Assembly: GCF_004376175.1 (NCBI RefSeq)
Contig: NZ_SNUY01000012.1
Location: 30,001 to 62,000 of the forward strand
From: Halalkalibacterium halodurans
Lineage (GTDB): Bacteria > Bacillota > Bacilli > Bacillales > Bacillaceae_D
Reading direction: 5' to 3'
DNA: 32,000 bases
Below the pieces are notes generated by a model. The model did no database searches, was not told the origin of the DNA, and worked only from the letters and a program-made list of their open reading frames with translations. Below are positions 17,837 to 27,029 of the stretch, piece after piece. A program made the position numbers and the translations under genes. Position 1 is the stretch's first letter; each line of letters begins with the position of its first letter.

Positions 17837-18931
17837 TCACGGCCAAATTTTTTGCAAGACTTCTTTTGTTTCTTCAAGGGTTAACGGTTTCCAGAATAGC
17901 TCACCGTAAATGAGTAGATCTTGGTGTAAATGAAGATCGTCATCTAAATTTCCATTCACCGCACTGCTTGTCCCAGAATTTCCAACATAACCGATGACCG
18001 TTTCTGCATTGACGCGATCACCTACCTGAAGATCTTCTGGAATTCCACTTAAATGGGCAAACCGATTCATGACACCATTTGGATATTGTACCCACACTTG
18101 TTGACCGCGAAGACGATCAAAGATATATTCTGGTGTTTCACCTAACTCCGCTGTTAGGGCTAAATCAGCATTTCGCACCTCTGGTGATTCATAGTCTTCG
18201 AAATCATGATCTGCTCGTACGACAATTCCTTCAGCCATGGCGTATACCGGGGTTTCTCGTGAAATGTTCCCACCAGTGGCAAAATCATACCAGTCAATGC
18301 CTTCATGAAAGCCATTTCGATACTCGCGAGGTGCTCCAGGTAAATGACTATCAATTGTGCTCACTTGCGCCCCTTGAATCGGTCGCTCTAAAAATGACAA
18401 ATAGTCAACCATCGTGTCAACATCCCACTCATCAAAATCAAACCCTTCTGGCGGTCCACCAACTCGTTCGGCAGGTCCAAACCATTGGAACGCCACTTCT
18501 TTTTCTTGGAACGTTACTTCAAGTCCTAAGCCTACCTCTAAAAAGGCGACCGGTAAATAAAGCTCCCCTTCTTCTTCAATTAGATAGATTTCATCAGTAG
18601 CTAAGTATTCACCATTTCGTTCAAGTACAGTTACACCATCAATCAACTTATATTGATCCTCATGTATCGTCATTTCCAACGTGCGATGAAGCTCATCGAA
18701 AGTTAACTCCCCATCAAGGGTCTGAATAAGCTCGTCCACTGAAACCTTCGCATCATCCTCGCCTACTGTATAAGAGATTGTTCTCATATTTTCTTCTTGT
18801 TCGTTTTCAACTGCCTCCTGTTGTGGTTCGGATGGTTGTGGTTCATTGGCAGAGCCATTGCTTTGGCAAGCGCTAAGCACGACTCCCATAGCAAATAAAG
18901 AGCAACATAAGTGTCTTTTCTTCACGTTCAT
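17837..18931 (-). CDS. Lipoprotein M23 family metalloendopeptidase (364 aa)
   Basis: MNVKKRHLCCSLFAMGVVLSAC has the lipobox LSAC. M23 motifs are FHEGID (HxxxD) and LHLHQD (HxH). The start was moved to ATG 18931; the track's 19003 start adds 24 residues before the signal peptide. The middle region (..GELYLPVAFLEVGLGLEVTFQ..) resembles a copper-amine-oxidase-N-like stalk domain. Confidence 0.88.
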   Translation of the reverse strand: MNVKKRHLCCSLFAMGVVLSACQSNGSANEPQPSEPQQEAVENEQEENMRTISYTVGEDDAKVSVDELIQTLDGELTFDELHRTLEMTIHEDQYKLIDGVTVLERNGEYLATDEIYLIEEEGELYLPVAFLEVGLGLEVTFQEKEVAFQWFGPAERVGGPPEGFDFDEWDVDTMVDYLSFLERPIQGAQVSTIDSHLPGAPREYRNGFHEGIDWYDFATGGNISRETPVYAMAEGIVVRADHDFEDYESPEVRNADLALTAELGETPEYIFDRLRGQQVWVQYPNGVMNRFAHLSGIPEDLQVGDRVNAETVIGYVGNSGTSSAVNGNLDDDLHLHQDLLIYGELFWKPLTLEETKEVLQKIWP

Positions 18932-18969
18932 GTCCCTTTCTGTTATACTTTTATTTTGTGCATGGGTGC

Positions 18970-18998
18970 ATTTTAACGTATTCGACTTTTTGTGACAA
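18970..18998 (-). promoter_or_regulatory. Candidate sigmaA promoter of the M23 gene
   Basis: Minus strand reads TTGTCA (18998-18993), a 17-nt spacer, then TAAAAT (18975-18970). Confidence 0.5.
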
Positions 18999-19190
18999 GG
19001 CACAAAGGTAGGAAATCATGGCAAGCTCTCATTCACAAAGACTATTTCTAGCATTTGCTTAAAGACAATTACATCGTATCCAAGGATTTTCACAATGAAG
19101 GTTTATCTAGATCATGAATAATTTTTGTTTCCTCTCACATACTAAAGACTATTAACTACTTAAGTGTGTGAAATGGAGATCAGCGGATTC

Positions 19191-20237
19191 ATGAAACATC
19201 CTTGGATTGGCCGACGTGTGTTGAAAACGGGACTGGCCGTTTGTTTAACAACGGCGATTTGTATGGCATTCAACCTATCCCCTACTTTTGCTGTGATCTC
19301 GGCGATTGTTACAACGGAACCCACAGCTGCTGATTCGCTAAAAAAAGGATTGATTCGTTTGCCGGCAGCTGCATTAGGTGCTTTTTTTGCCGTGCTTTCA
19401 GCGTATTTCTTTGGACAGACCCCTATTACGTACGCAATTGTATCAATGATCACAATTGCGGTTTGTGCTCGCTTGAGGCTGGATGCTGGAACATTAGTAG
19501 CCACATTAACAGCTGTTGCCATGATCCCATCGACAACTGATCATTTATTTGCTGATTATGTTTCTAGAGTAGCTGGCACGTCTTTAGGAATCATGATTTC
19601 CACTTTTGTGAATTTCATGATCTTACCACCTAAATTTGGCCCAATTTTAATGAACAAAGTGGAAAAAATGTTTGCCATGTTATCATCTGAGCTTAAACTT
19701 GTCACAACGAAGGTGGTCGATTTTGAAAAGGAAGAGACGATGACCTCGTATCGTACGTTGCACCATCACTTATCCGAGACGTATAAGTTAACAACATTTC
19801 AACATGATGAATGGAAATATCGGAAATCGTCTTCCTCTGAAAAACGGTCTTTCACTTATTTACATCGAAAGCTAGATTATGTTTACAAAGCCCTTGCTCA
19901 CTTGGGGAAGATCGGTCAAATTCGGTTGAAGAAACCACTATCTGTAAAGGAGAGGCAGCTCGTTCTTTCGTTTCTTGTTTCGTTGACAAACATTCTTCAA
20001 GACCCTTTACACCAAATTCACACGGAACATTATGCACTTGCCAGACAATTGGAGGACGCGATGCACAAAAAGAAAGATGCAACGGAGCCGATCCATCGCC
20101 TGCTCTCTGAATTGATCTCGCTCCATGATTTGACCGTTGAGCTTGAACAATGTACGGCTGATGAACGCCGTTTTTCATTGGAAGAACGCGCGTACCCTTC
20201 CTATATTTTTTTAGAAAGGCTACGCCCCTCGGATTAA
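19191..20237 (+). CDS. Aromatic acid exporter (ArAE) / UPF0421-type membrane protein (348 aa)
   Basis: N-terminus MKHPWIGRRVLKTGLAVCLTTAICMAFNLSPTFAVISAIVTTEPTAADSLKKGLIRLPAAALGA is followed by hydrophobic spans and a long soluble helical C-terminal half. This architecture is typical of the YgaE/YqjA-like family. Confidence 0.78.
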   Translation: MKHPWIGRRVLKTGLAVCLTTAICMAFNLSPTFAVISAIVTTEPTAADSLKKGLIRLPAAALGAFFAVLSAYFFGQTPITYAIVSMITIAVCARLRLDAGTLVATLTAVAMIPSTTDHLFADYVSRVAGTSLGIMISTFVNFMILPPKFGPILMNKVEKMFAMLSSELKLVTTKVVDFEKEETMTSYRTLHHHLSETYKLTTFQHDEWKYRKSSSSEKRSFTYLHRKLDYVYKALAHLGKIGQIRLKKPLSVKERQLVLSFLVSLTNILQDPLHQIHTEHYALARQLEDAMHKKKDATEPIHRLLSELISLHDLTVELEQCTADERRFSLEERAYPSYIFLERLRPSD

Positions 20238-20281
20238 TGTGATTAGGAGAACTCAACTTAACAAGCAGAGAGGAGAATGAC

Positions 20282-21796
20282 ATGGGTAAATACAAAGTGT
20301 TTATTATTTCAGTAGCTATTGCCGCTATTTTTATTGCTTGGGGACTTATTGCTCCTAAAAATTTAGCGGCGGTCACAAAAGTGATCGATTCGTTTATTTT
20401 AAATGAACTTGGTTGGTTTTATTTGCTTTCCGCAACAGGGTTTCTCGCGTTCGCGATCTTTTTGATATTTAGTAAGTATGGGAACATTCGCTTAGGGAAG
20501 CAAGAGGAAAAACCAGAATACAGCTATCTTACATGGTTTGCTTTCTTATTTACGGCTGGAATGGGGATTGGTCTTGTATTTTGGGGTGTTGCGGAACCTG
20601 TATATCATTACTTTGACCCACCGATTGCCGTGCCAGAAACGGCGCAGGCGGCTGGTGAGGCAATGCGCTATTCCTTTTTCCACTGGGGCTTGCACCCTTG
20701 GGCAATCTATACGATTGTCGCTTTAGCCATCGCCTATTTCACTTTCCGCAAAGGGGAATCAGGCGTTCTTAGCTCCTCCTTTAGGCCATTGATTGGTGAC
20801 CGGGTTGATGGCTGGATTGGAACGGTGATCAATGTCATCGTCGTGTTTGCTACCATTTTTGGTGTCGCCACATCCCTCGGATTTGGAGCGGCACAAATTT
20901 CCGGTGGGCTCAACCACTTAGTACCTGCTGTCGGAGATTATAGCCCTTATATGGTGCAACTGATCGTCATCTTTGTCGTCACTATTCTATTTATGGTGTC
21001 ATCACAAACCGGCTTAAACCGAGGGATTCGTCATTTAAGCCGCATCAATATTGTTTTAGCAACCTTACTTATGCTGCTCGTACTAATCTTAGGACCAACA
21101 AGTTATTTATTAGGGGTTTTCACACAAACCCTCGGCTCGTATATTCAAAACTTGCCTGGGATGAGCTTTCGTCTTGATGTATACAACCCAGAAACAAACT
21201 GGGTGGAAGGCTGGACAATCTTCTATTGGGCTTGGTGGATTTCATGGGCACCATTTGTCGGCTCATTCATTGCTCGTGTTTCAAAAGGACGAACGATTCG
21301 TGAATTTGTCATTGGGGTTCTTGCAGTACCTGCTCTCTATGGCGCTCTATGGTTTAGCGTTTTTGGTGGAACGGGCATCTATTTCCAACGAGAGGGCATT
21401 GCGGATATTAACGGGTTGATGGCCGATCATGGAATGGAGATTGCTTTGTTTGGCTTATTAGAGCAATTTCCACTCGGAACGTTTTTATCTGTCATTGCGT
21501 TATTGTTAATTGCGTCGTTCTTTATTACATCTGCTGATTCAGCAACCGTCGTTCTCGGAATTCAATCAACCGACGGCGATTTAAACCCTTCAAATGTTGT
21601 CAAATTCGTATGGGGGCTCATCATCTCTGCAAGTGCGGCGATTTTGCTTTTAAACCAGGAAGGTTTGGGGGCTCTGCAAACCGCAGCGATAATAGCGGCC
21701 TTGCCGTTTACAGTTATTATGATTGTTCTCATTTTTTCCATGGTTAAATCATTTAGGCGGGAAATCATCCCTGCACGCCAACCAAAAAAGCGATAA
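20282..21796 (+). CDS. BCCT family betaine/carnitine/choline transporter (504 aa)
   Basis: BCCT signature WTIFYWAWWISWAPFVGSFIARVSKGRTIREF, about 12 hydrophobic spans, SD AGAGGAGAA. Confidence 0.93.
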   Translation: MGKYKVFIISVAIAAIFIAWGLIAPKNLAAVTKVIDSFILNELGWFYLLSATGFLAFAIFLIFSKYGNIRLGKQEEKPEYSYLTWFAFLFTAGMGIGLVFWGVAEPVYHYFDPPIAVPETAQAAGEAMRYSFFHWGLHPWAIYTIVALAIAYFTFRKGESGVLSSSFRPLIGDRVDGWIGTVINVIVVFATIFGVATSLGFGAAQISGGLNHLVPAVGDYSPYMVQLIVIFVVTILFMVSSQTGLNRGIRHLSRINIVLATLLMLLVLILGPTSYLLGVFTQTLGSYIQNLPGMSFRLDVYNPETNWVEGWTIFYWAWWISWAPFVGSFIARVSKGRTIREFVIGVLAVPALYGALWFSVFGGTGIYFQREGIADINGLMADHGMEIALFGLLEQFPLGTFLSVIALLLIASFFITSADSATVVLGIQSTDGDLNPSNVVKFVWGLIISASAAILLLNQEGLGALQTAAIIAALPFTVIMIVLIFSMVKSFRREIIPARQPKKR

Positions 21797-21812
21797 ACGT
21801 GAGAAAACATGC

Positions 21813-21853
21813 CCCTGTCATCATCTTTATAAGCTGATGACAGGGTCTTTTTT
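21813..21853 (+). terminator. Intrinsic terminator after the BCCT gene
   Basis: CCCTGTCATCA (21813-21823) pairs with TGATGACAGGG (21835-21845), followed by TCTTTTTT. Confidence 0.85.
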
Positions 21854-22147
21854 ATCACTATCCTGTAAATAGATGTCTTTTAACGTAGAGAAAATAAAAC
21901 AGATGTTTCTATTTCATTACAATTATGTTACTGATCACCGAACCTAGCCATCACATGATAAAATGATGACAAGAAGATGATAAAGTGAAATTTTATCAAT
22001 TTCTTTTCCCTATTATATATTAGGTGTAGCCCACACAGGGCAAGTTACAAGCATTTCCATAGGACATTTATCGGCTTGAAGTGAGAGTTTCTACCAGTTA
22101 AATAGATAAAACAGTGGACAGGTTGGAGTGAAGGGGTGATCAATCGT

Positions 22148-22582
22148 ATGAGGTTTCTTTTGTGGGTCGGATGTGTTATTTGTCTCACGGGATGTATCGC
22201 AACGAGCGATTCAACCTCTTCGCCACCATTCATCCAAAACGATGTAAAAACAACGATTTTATTTTCAGAGCCAGACCCTGTCGATCAAGAAAAGCCTTAT
22301 TTAGACGCGCTGCTGGAATTGCAATCCCTTTATCCAAACGAAGTTCCTCACGTTTTAGTCACTTCTGGAGAACATGAGGATGTTATTCGCTATTTTCAAA
22401 TCGAACAATTCCCAACGCTTATTGTCGTTCAAGGTGACAAAGTCTTTTTGCGTCTCGAAGGCGAGTACAGTACAGCGCAAATCATAAAAGAAATTGAACG
22501 AGTGTATCATCTATCATCAAAATCGCTATCAAAAAAAAGAATCGAGTTTTATCTATACGATTATATGTCAAGCTTCCTCTAA
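22148..22582 (+). CDS. Lipoprotein with thioredoxin-like fold lacking a CxxC motif (144 aa)
   Basis: MRFLLWVGCVICLTGC has the lipobox LTGC. ..IRYFQIEQFPTLIVVQGDKVFLRLEGEYSTAQIIKEIERV resembles the C-terminal half of a thioredoxin fold. ATG 22148 follows GAAGGGGTGA. The track's GTG 22136 lies inside the SD. Confidence 0.7.
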   Translation: MRFLLWVGCVICLTGCIATSDSTSSPPFIQNDVKTTILFSEPDPVDQEKPYLDALLELQSLYPNEVPHVLVTSGEHEDVIRYFQIEQFPTLIVVQGDKVFLRLEGEYSTAQIIKEIERVYHLSSKSLSKKRIEFYLYDYMSSFL

Positions 22583-22602
22583 TTTTCTGAGGAAGCTTTT
22601 CT
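22570..22602 (+). terminator. Hairpin overlapping the lipoprotein stop codon
   Basis: AAGCTTCCTC (22570-22579) pairs with GAGGAAGCTT (22589-22598), followed by TTCT. The stop codon sits in the loop. Confidence 0.6.
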
Positions 22603-22655
22603 AGTGTCTTCACTCCTCTTCTAAAAATATAATTCCTTTTTTTGTCTGATATCTA

Positions 22656-22685
22656 TTGACAACTTACCTGTATGAACCATATAAT
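22656..22685 (+). promoter_or_regulatory. SigmaA-type promoter of the GntR/ABC operon
   Basis: TTGACA (22656-22661), an 18-nt spacer, then TATAAT (22680-22685). Confidence 0.65.
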
Positions 22686-22696
22686 ACACTAGAGCT

Positions 22697-22714
22697 GTAT
22701 TAAAGGATTAATAC
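22697..22714. promoter_or_regulatory. Candidate YtrA-type operator 1 (GTATTAA-N4-TTAATAC)
   Basis: Perfect 7-bp inverted arms, 12 nt downstream of the -10 hexamer. Confidence 0.55.
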
Positions 22715-22731
22715 GCTTCGTGCGCCGATTA

Positions 22732-22751
22732 TGTATTAAGTTGTTAATACA
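22732..22751. promoter_or_regulatory. Candidate YtrA-type operator 2 (TGTATTAA-N4-TTAATACA)
   Basis: Perfect 8-bp inverted arms sharing the half-site of operator 1. It lies 22 nt upstream of the regulator's ATG. Confidence 0.55.
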
Positions 22752-22772
22752 CCAAGAATAGGAGCTGTTGCC

Positions 22773-23144
22773 ATGAAAATGAATTTTAATAAGCGCGATC
22801 CTGTCTACCTACAAGTGATCCGACACTTTAAGGAACGTATTGCTACGGGAGCGCTCTTGCCAGGTGAAGAAATTCCATCACGTCGTGAATTAGCGAACAG
22901 TTTAAAAATTAATCCAAACACCGCACAGCGCGCGTATAAGGAAATGGAGGAACAAGGATTGATCAAGACGGAAGGAAATTTACCGAGTAAAATTACGAAT
23001 GATCCGGACATATTAGCTTCTGTCCGCTCAGAGCTCATTCGAGACGCAGTGGATAACTTTATTGCAGCGATTAAACCCATTCATGTGCCGATCGATGAAG
23101 TTATTACGCTATTAAAAGAAAAATACGAGAAGGACGAGATTTGA
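22773..23144 (+). CDS. GntR family transcriptional regulator, YtrA subfamily (123 aa)
   Basis: The N-terminal winged HTH PVYLQVIRHFKERIATGALLPGEEIPSRRELANSLKINPNTAQRAYKEMEEQGLI is followed by a short (~50 aa) C-terminal domain. Confidence 0.9.
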   Translation: MKMNFNKRDPVYLQVIRHFKERIATGALLPGEEIPSRRELANSLKINPNTAQRAYKEMEEQGLIKTEGNLPSKITNDPDILASVRSELIRDAVDNFIAAIKPIHVPIDEVITLLKEKYEKDEI

Positions 23145-23155
23145 GGGGGACACTT

Positions 23156-23845
23156 ATGATTGAAGTAAAAAACGTGACGAAAAAATATGGACGGAAGCTC
23201 GTATTAGATGATGTCTCATTTACAGCGAAAAAAGGGGAAATCACTTGCCTTATTGGCATTAACGGTGTTGGGAAAACGACAATTCTCAAAGCAATGATGG
23301 CATTAACCCCGATACAATCAGGGGAAATTTTAATCAACGGTCAACCGATTGACAAACACACTTTTGAACAAGCGACTTTTATTCCAGATGCAATCACGAT
23401 GATGCCTAATATGACCATCCGGCAGGCCATGGATTTTATGAACGAGTATTACCGCAATTGGAACGTGGAACGCGCCAAGGAATTACTCTCATTTTTTAAA
23501 TTAAATGAACAAGACCTCATTTCAAGCTTATCGAAAGGCAATGCAGCGAAGGCCAATTTGTTGCTCGGGCTTGCGCTCGATGTTGATTTTTTACTAATGG
23601 ATGAACCCTTTTCTGGGATCGATATCTTTAGCCGCGAACAAATTGCCGATTGTTTTACAAGCCATCTTATCGAAGATCGTGGCGTCATCATAACAACTCA
23701 CGAAATCGGTGATATTGAACATTTAATTGATCACGTTGTCGTGCTAAACGATGGAAAAGTCTATAAACAATTTCAAACAGAAGCTCTGAGAGAAAACGAA
23801 GGAAAGTCTGTGATCGATGTATTGAGAGAGGTGTACAACCGATGA
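23156..23845 (+). CDS. ABC transporter ATP-binding protein (229 aa)
   Basis: Walker A GINGVGKTT, signature-like LSKGNAAKA, Walker B FLLMDEP, H-loop TTHE. ATG 23156 follows GAGGGGGA. The track's TTG 23141 overlaps the GntR stop. Confidence 0.9.
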   Translation: MIEVKNVTKKYGRKLVLDDVSFTAKKGEITCLIGINGVGKTTILKAMMALTPIQSGEILINGQPIDKHTFEQATFIPDAITMMPNMTIRQAMDFMNEYYRNWNVERAKELLSFFKLNEQDLISSLSKGNAAKANLLLGLALDVDFLLMDEPFSGIDIFSREQIADCFTSHLIEDRGVIITTHEIGDIEHLIDHVVVLNDGKVYKQFQTEALRENEGKSVIDVLREVYNR

Positions 23846-24666
23846 AAAATTACTTAAAACTAACACACTTTGAAGTCCATCGTTTCGCAAAGTTATATGC
23901 CGTTCTCCTAGTTGTCACACTCCTTTCCCAAATCATAGGTGTGTTTGTTATTTCGAAGCGATTTTTAAATCATGCAACAGAAATCATGGTTCAGAATCGA
24001 ATGAACGAAGCACAGTTCATGGAGGAATATGGACCTATTAGCATGGCCAACATTACAAATAGTATGTGGTTTGTCAGTCCAATTGCATTCGGAGCTGTCA
24101 CATTACTCCTTTATGTATTTCTTATTTGGTATCGTGATTGGTTCGGAAAAAATACTTTTATTTACCGGCTACTTATGTTACCTACGGAACGGATCAACAT
24201 TTACTTAGCAAAAGCGACCGCCATCTTTCTAATGGTGCTAGGACTTGTGTCATGGCAACTTATTCTCCTGTCGCTTGAAACGAAGCTGTTGGCATGGCTT
24301 ACACCTTCTGCTCTTCATGTAGAACTCCCATTGCGAGAAACATTGCAGAGCTTAGACTTTTTACATGTGATCATCCCCTATTCCATTATGGAATTTTTCA
24401 TTCATTATGGACTGGGGCTCATGTTTGTGTTCGTTGTGTTCACAGCGATTCTTCTCGAAAGAAGCTTTAGGCTTAAAGGCATTATTTTCGGTGGCATCTA
24501 TGTTGGAATTGTTTGGCTCATTTTTCTTTCACCGGAGCTGTCCTTCTCGAGAAGTTACTTCTTCCCAATCGAAATCTTTCTCATCCACCTGCTGCTCTCC
24601 GTTATTATTATAGGTGGCTCGATCTGGCTAAGTTATTACTTATTAAGAAAACGAATCATGGTGTAG
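23842..24666 (+). CDS. Integral membrane protein, probable ABC-2-like permease partner (274 aa)
   Basis: About six hydrophobic spans. Its ATG overlaps the ATPase stop (ATGA at 23842-23845), which suggests translational coupling. Confidence 0.75.
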   Translation: MKNYLKLTHFEVHRFAKLYAVLLVVTLLSQIIGVFVISKRFLNHATEIMVQNRMNEAQFMEEYGPISMANITNSMWFVSPIAFGAVTLLLYVFLIWYRDWFGKNTFIYRLLMLPTERINIYLAKATAIFLMVLGLVSWQLILLSLETKLLAWLTPSALHVELPLRETLQSLDFLHVIIPYSIMEFFIHYGLGLMFVFVVFTAILLERSFRLKGIIFGGIYVGIVWLIFLSPELSFSRSYFFPIEIFLIHLLLSVIIIGGSIWLSYYLLRKRIMV

Positions 24667-24677
24667 GGGTGTGACTT

Positions 24678-25370
24678 ATGGGACGATATTGGAAACTAGT
24701 TGTATTAGTAACAGGCATTGTGGTTGTTTTGGGCACTTTTTTTATTCAAACGACGCTAGCAAACCTTGCTTTACCTGAATTCGACATCAAGAAGGTGACT
24801 GGCGACCTGGCTGAGATCGATCCAGTCATCATCAATGGATATTACGAAGATCGTATAGTATGGAGTGACATGTGGATAACGAGTAAAGAAACAGTCCACT
24901 TAAATGAGCGTTCTTTTTTCGAGAGAATGAATGATTTACAATTCCACAGTCCACTCGTACAAGATCTATATAAAAATAATCGCTCCTTTCTTCGGGGAAA
25001 GAATTTTTATTCAGGCACGTTTATTGAAAATGACGAGCAAATCACTTATGTAAGCCTCTCTTGGGATCAGACCAACGATACTGCAGTACAAGTGGAAATA
25101 GCGATTTTAGATAAACAATCAAAGGAAGAAACGCTCTTTCAATTGGACATTCCAAATGGTGAGAAATATTTCTATCTTTACTTGGAGCAAGTGATTGTAA
25201 GAGATGATGAACTTCACATCGCAGCAAGCGTTTCACCTCATTTTGATGATGAAGAAATGCACGTTTATAGTATTGATTTAGCGAAGCAGACGGTCACCCA
25301 CGATACGCTCATTTCGGATCAGGACAGCTATCTGCAAACATACGTAGATGACGATCAACCTACTTCCTGA
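24678..25370 (+). pseudogene. N-terminal fragment (229 native codons) of a membrane-anchored protein interrupted by the IS
   Basis: N-terminal TM span MGRYWKLVVLVTGIVVVLGTFFI. The reading frame leaves native DNA at 25365. The final Ser codon and the TGA stop are supplied by the IS left end. Confidence 0.8.
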
Positions 25371-25380
25371 ATTATTCATA
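25366..25380. repeat. IS terminal inverted repeat (end distal to the transposase start)
   Basis: CCTGAATTATTCATA, preceded by the TACTT target duplication. Confidence 0.85.
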
Positions 25381-25560
25381 CTTCTAAACGAAGAGTTAAT
25401 TTGGTATCAAGTCCAGGGGCTTTTTGTTTTCAAACATATAAAAACAGATGATTTCGATAAATATGGCGGAATATAATAGTGAATGGCAGTAAAATCCTGA
25501 TTTTGGGCATACTACCCCCTTGGTCTTACATCCATTTAAAAAAACAGCTATTCAATTGAA

Positions 25561-26877
25561 TTATTCTATCCTTAGACGTTGAATTCGCTGAAGTACTTCC
25601 CAAAAGAATTTTTGGTACACAAAACTAGAGGACAATTTAAAGTAGAGGGATCGTCCCGATTTTACTAATTTACTCGCAACTTTAATAATTCTTGTACGAA
25701 TGGTCTCGATTTGCATACTTGTCTGTTTTTCTGGAAAGCAAAGGGTACGTAGCCAATTCGTTAGGTTGTACGCTAATAGACTTAACATCATTTTTGCTTC
25801 ATTCACTTGGAAGGAGTGGCTGTTCATTTTATCCATGTAAAAACCGTTTTTAGCTTCCTTAATATAATTCTCCATCGTGCCTCTTTTTTGGTAAGCACGA
25901 ACGATATCTTTTGGAGAGAACGCATCTACTAGGTTGGTGACAAAAAATGAGTGTGTAAAAAACAATTCACCTGCAGGACGAACAGATTGTACGATGACTT
26001 TTCTTGACTTCGACCATGATTTTGCCTGGTATTCGATTTCCTCATAATAATATTCAGACATGGAAACATCTGATATCTCCGTTGCTGGATGTAATTCATC
26101 TGCTATTCGCTGTAAAATAGCGTTTGATTTTAGACGAATCACGTAATAGACAGACTCATCTTCGCATAAGTCATACAAAGCCGGGACAGCAAATCCACTA
26201 TCTCCACGTAAAAACGGTGTGGTTTCTGGAAATTTTTCATTGTAGTGTTCAATAAGTGGTTTTACAAAATCAACGACACCATTGGAAGTATAAACATTTC
26301 CTGGTCGTAGCTTCGCTTTAAGGAAATCGCCAGTGATACCATCAAAAGCAACTAACGGATGAAAACCGACCGTTCCATAATGAGTATTGTACGATGCCGA
26401 TTCTTGTTCACCATATGTGTCAGCATGTGTTGAATCCAAGTCAAAGATGATTGCTTTGGATCCCCTGAATGTATGTACTTTATCTAAAAGCTCTTGGTTC
26501 GCTTGATTTAATTGTTCCATGGATTCGTTATCAAATCTTGTGTAAAACCGAGATAAACTTGGTTGAGAAGCTAAGGCGTCGGTCCCGATAATTTGTGTGA
26601 AGACAGGATCATTCGTCAATTCGTCAGCACTGTCATCTTCAGCATAACCAGCAATGATTTGATAAATCTTTTGACGGAGTAAATTTTCATTCGAATGAAC
26701 ATAGTATTTTCTATCGTCTTTCAAATGTAGATGTCGAGCCAAGGTTTTAGAGAATCCGATTTTCTCATCGAATTCCCTAAAGATAAATTCACCTGTATCA
26801 GAAGAAAGAGAACCCCCATCATTTGACAATTTAATTTGACGATTGAAATCTAACGTTAATTGCGGTAAAGTATCCAT
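25561..26877 (-). CDS. DDE transposase, IS1380-family-like (438 aa)
   Basis: N-terminus ..LTLDFNRQIKLSNDGGSLSSDTGEFIFREFDEKIGF.., the catalytic region IIFDLDSTHADTYGEQESASYNTHYGTVGFHPLVAF and ..FLRGDSGFAVPALYDLCE.. follow the pattern I associate with IS1380-type transposases. SD GAAAGGA lies 8 nt before the ATG. Confidence 0.85.
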   Translation of the reverse strand: MDTLPQLTLDFNRQIKLSNDGGSLSSDTGEFIFREFDEKIGFSKTLARHLHLKDDRKYYVHSNENLLRQKIYQIIAGYAEDDSADELTNDPVFTQIIGTDALASQPSLSRFYTRFDNESMEQLNQANQELLDKVHTFRGSKAIIFDLDSTHADTYGEQESASYNTHYGTVGFHPLVAFDGITGDFLKAKLRPGNVYTSNGVVDFVKPLIEHYNEKFPETTPFLRGDSGFAVPALYDLCEDESVYYVIRLKSNAILQRIADELHPATEISDVSMSEYYYEEIEYQAKSWSKSRKVIVQSVRPAGELFFTHSFFVTNLVDAFSPKDIVRAYQKRGTMENYIKEAKNGFYMDKMNSHSFQVNEAKMMLSLLAYNLTNWLRTLCFPEKQTSMQIETIRTRIIKVASKLVKSGRSLYFKLSSSFVYQKFFWEVLQRIQRLRIE

Positions 26878-27014
26878 TATAAGAATCCTTTCTGTGGTTA
26901 TTTTGTCGTGATTTAACTTTAACAGAAATGGATTCTTTTTTCATTTATTTGATGCATGATCAAATCAGATGAAACGCTTGATAAATAAGCATTTAAAAGT
27001 AATCAAAAGTTTTC

Positions 27015-27029
27015 TATGAATAATTCAGG
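27015..27029. repeat. IS terminal inverted repeat (end proximal to the transposase start)
   Basis: TATGAATAATTCAGG, followed by the TACTT target duplication. Confidence 0.85.

Larger units (their letters stand above)
25366..27029 (-). mobile_element. IS1380-family-like insertion sequence (1664 bp)
   Basis: Perfect 15-bp terminal inverted repeats CCTGAATTATTCATA (25366-25380 and the reverse complement at 27015-27029). A 5-bp direct repeat TACTT flanks it at 25361-25365 and 27030-27034. It carries a single DDE transposase ORF. Confidence 0.88.

Noticed and set aside
18932-19003. 24-codon N-terminal extension of the M23 gene in the ORF track
   Set aside because: It would place 24 polar residues ahead of a canonical lipoprotein signal peptide. 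The predicted promoter (18998-18970) lies inside it.
19160-20376. Minus-strand ORFs 19160-19522 and 19852-20376
   Set aside because: They are antisense to the ArAE-type gene and to the ArAE/BCCT junction. No SD and no motifs, and the plus-strand genes are well supported.
21854-22135. 280-bp AT-rich intergenic region, checked for a type I toxin, small ORF or riboswitch
   Set aside because: It holds only very short ORFs without an SD (for example MSFNVEKIKQMFLFHYNYVTDHRT), no hydrophobic peptide and no convincing conserved-looking structure. One 9-bp inverted repeat (TGATAAAAT / ATTTTATCA) in AT-rich DNA is not distinctive.
22045-22233. 62-aa minus-strand ORF across the lipoprotein gene start
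   Set aside because: It is antisense to a gene that has an SD, a lipobox and a terminator. It has no SD of its own.
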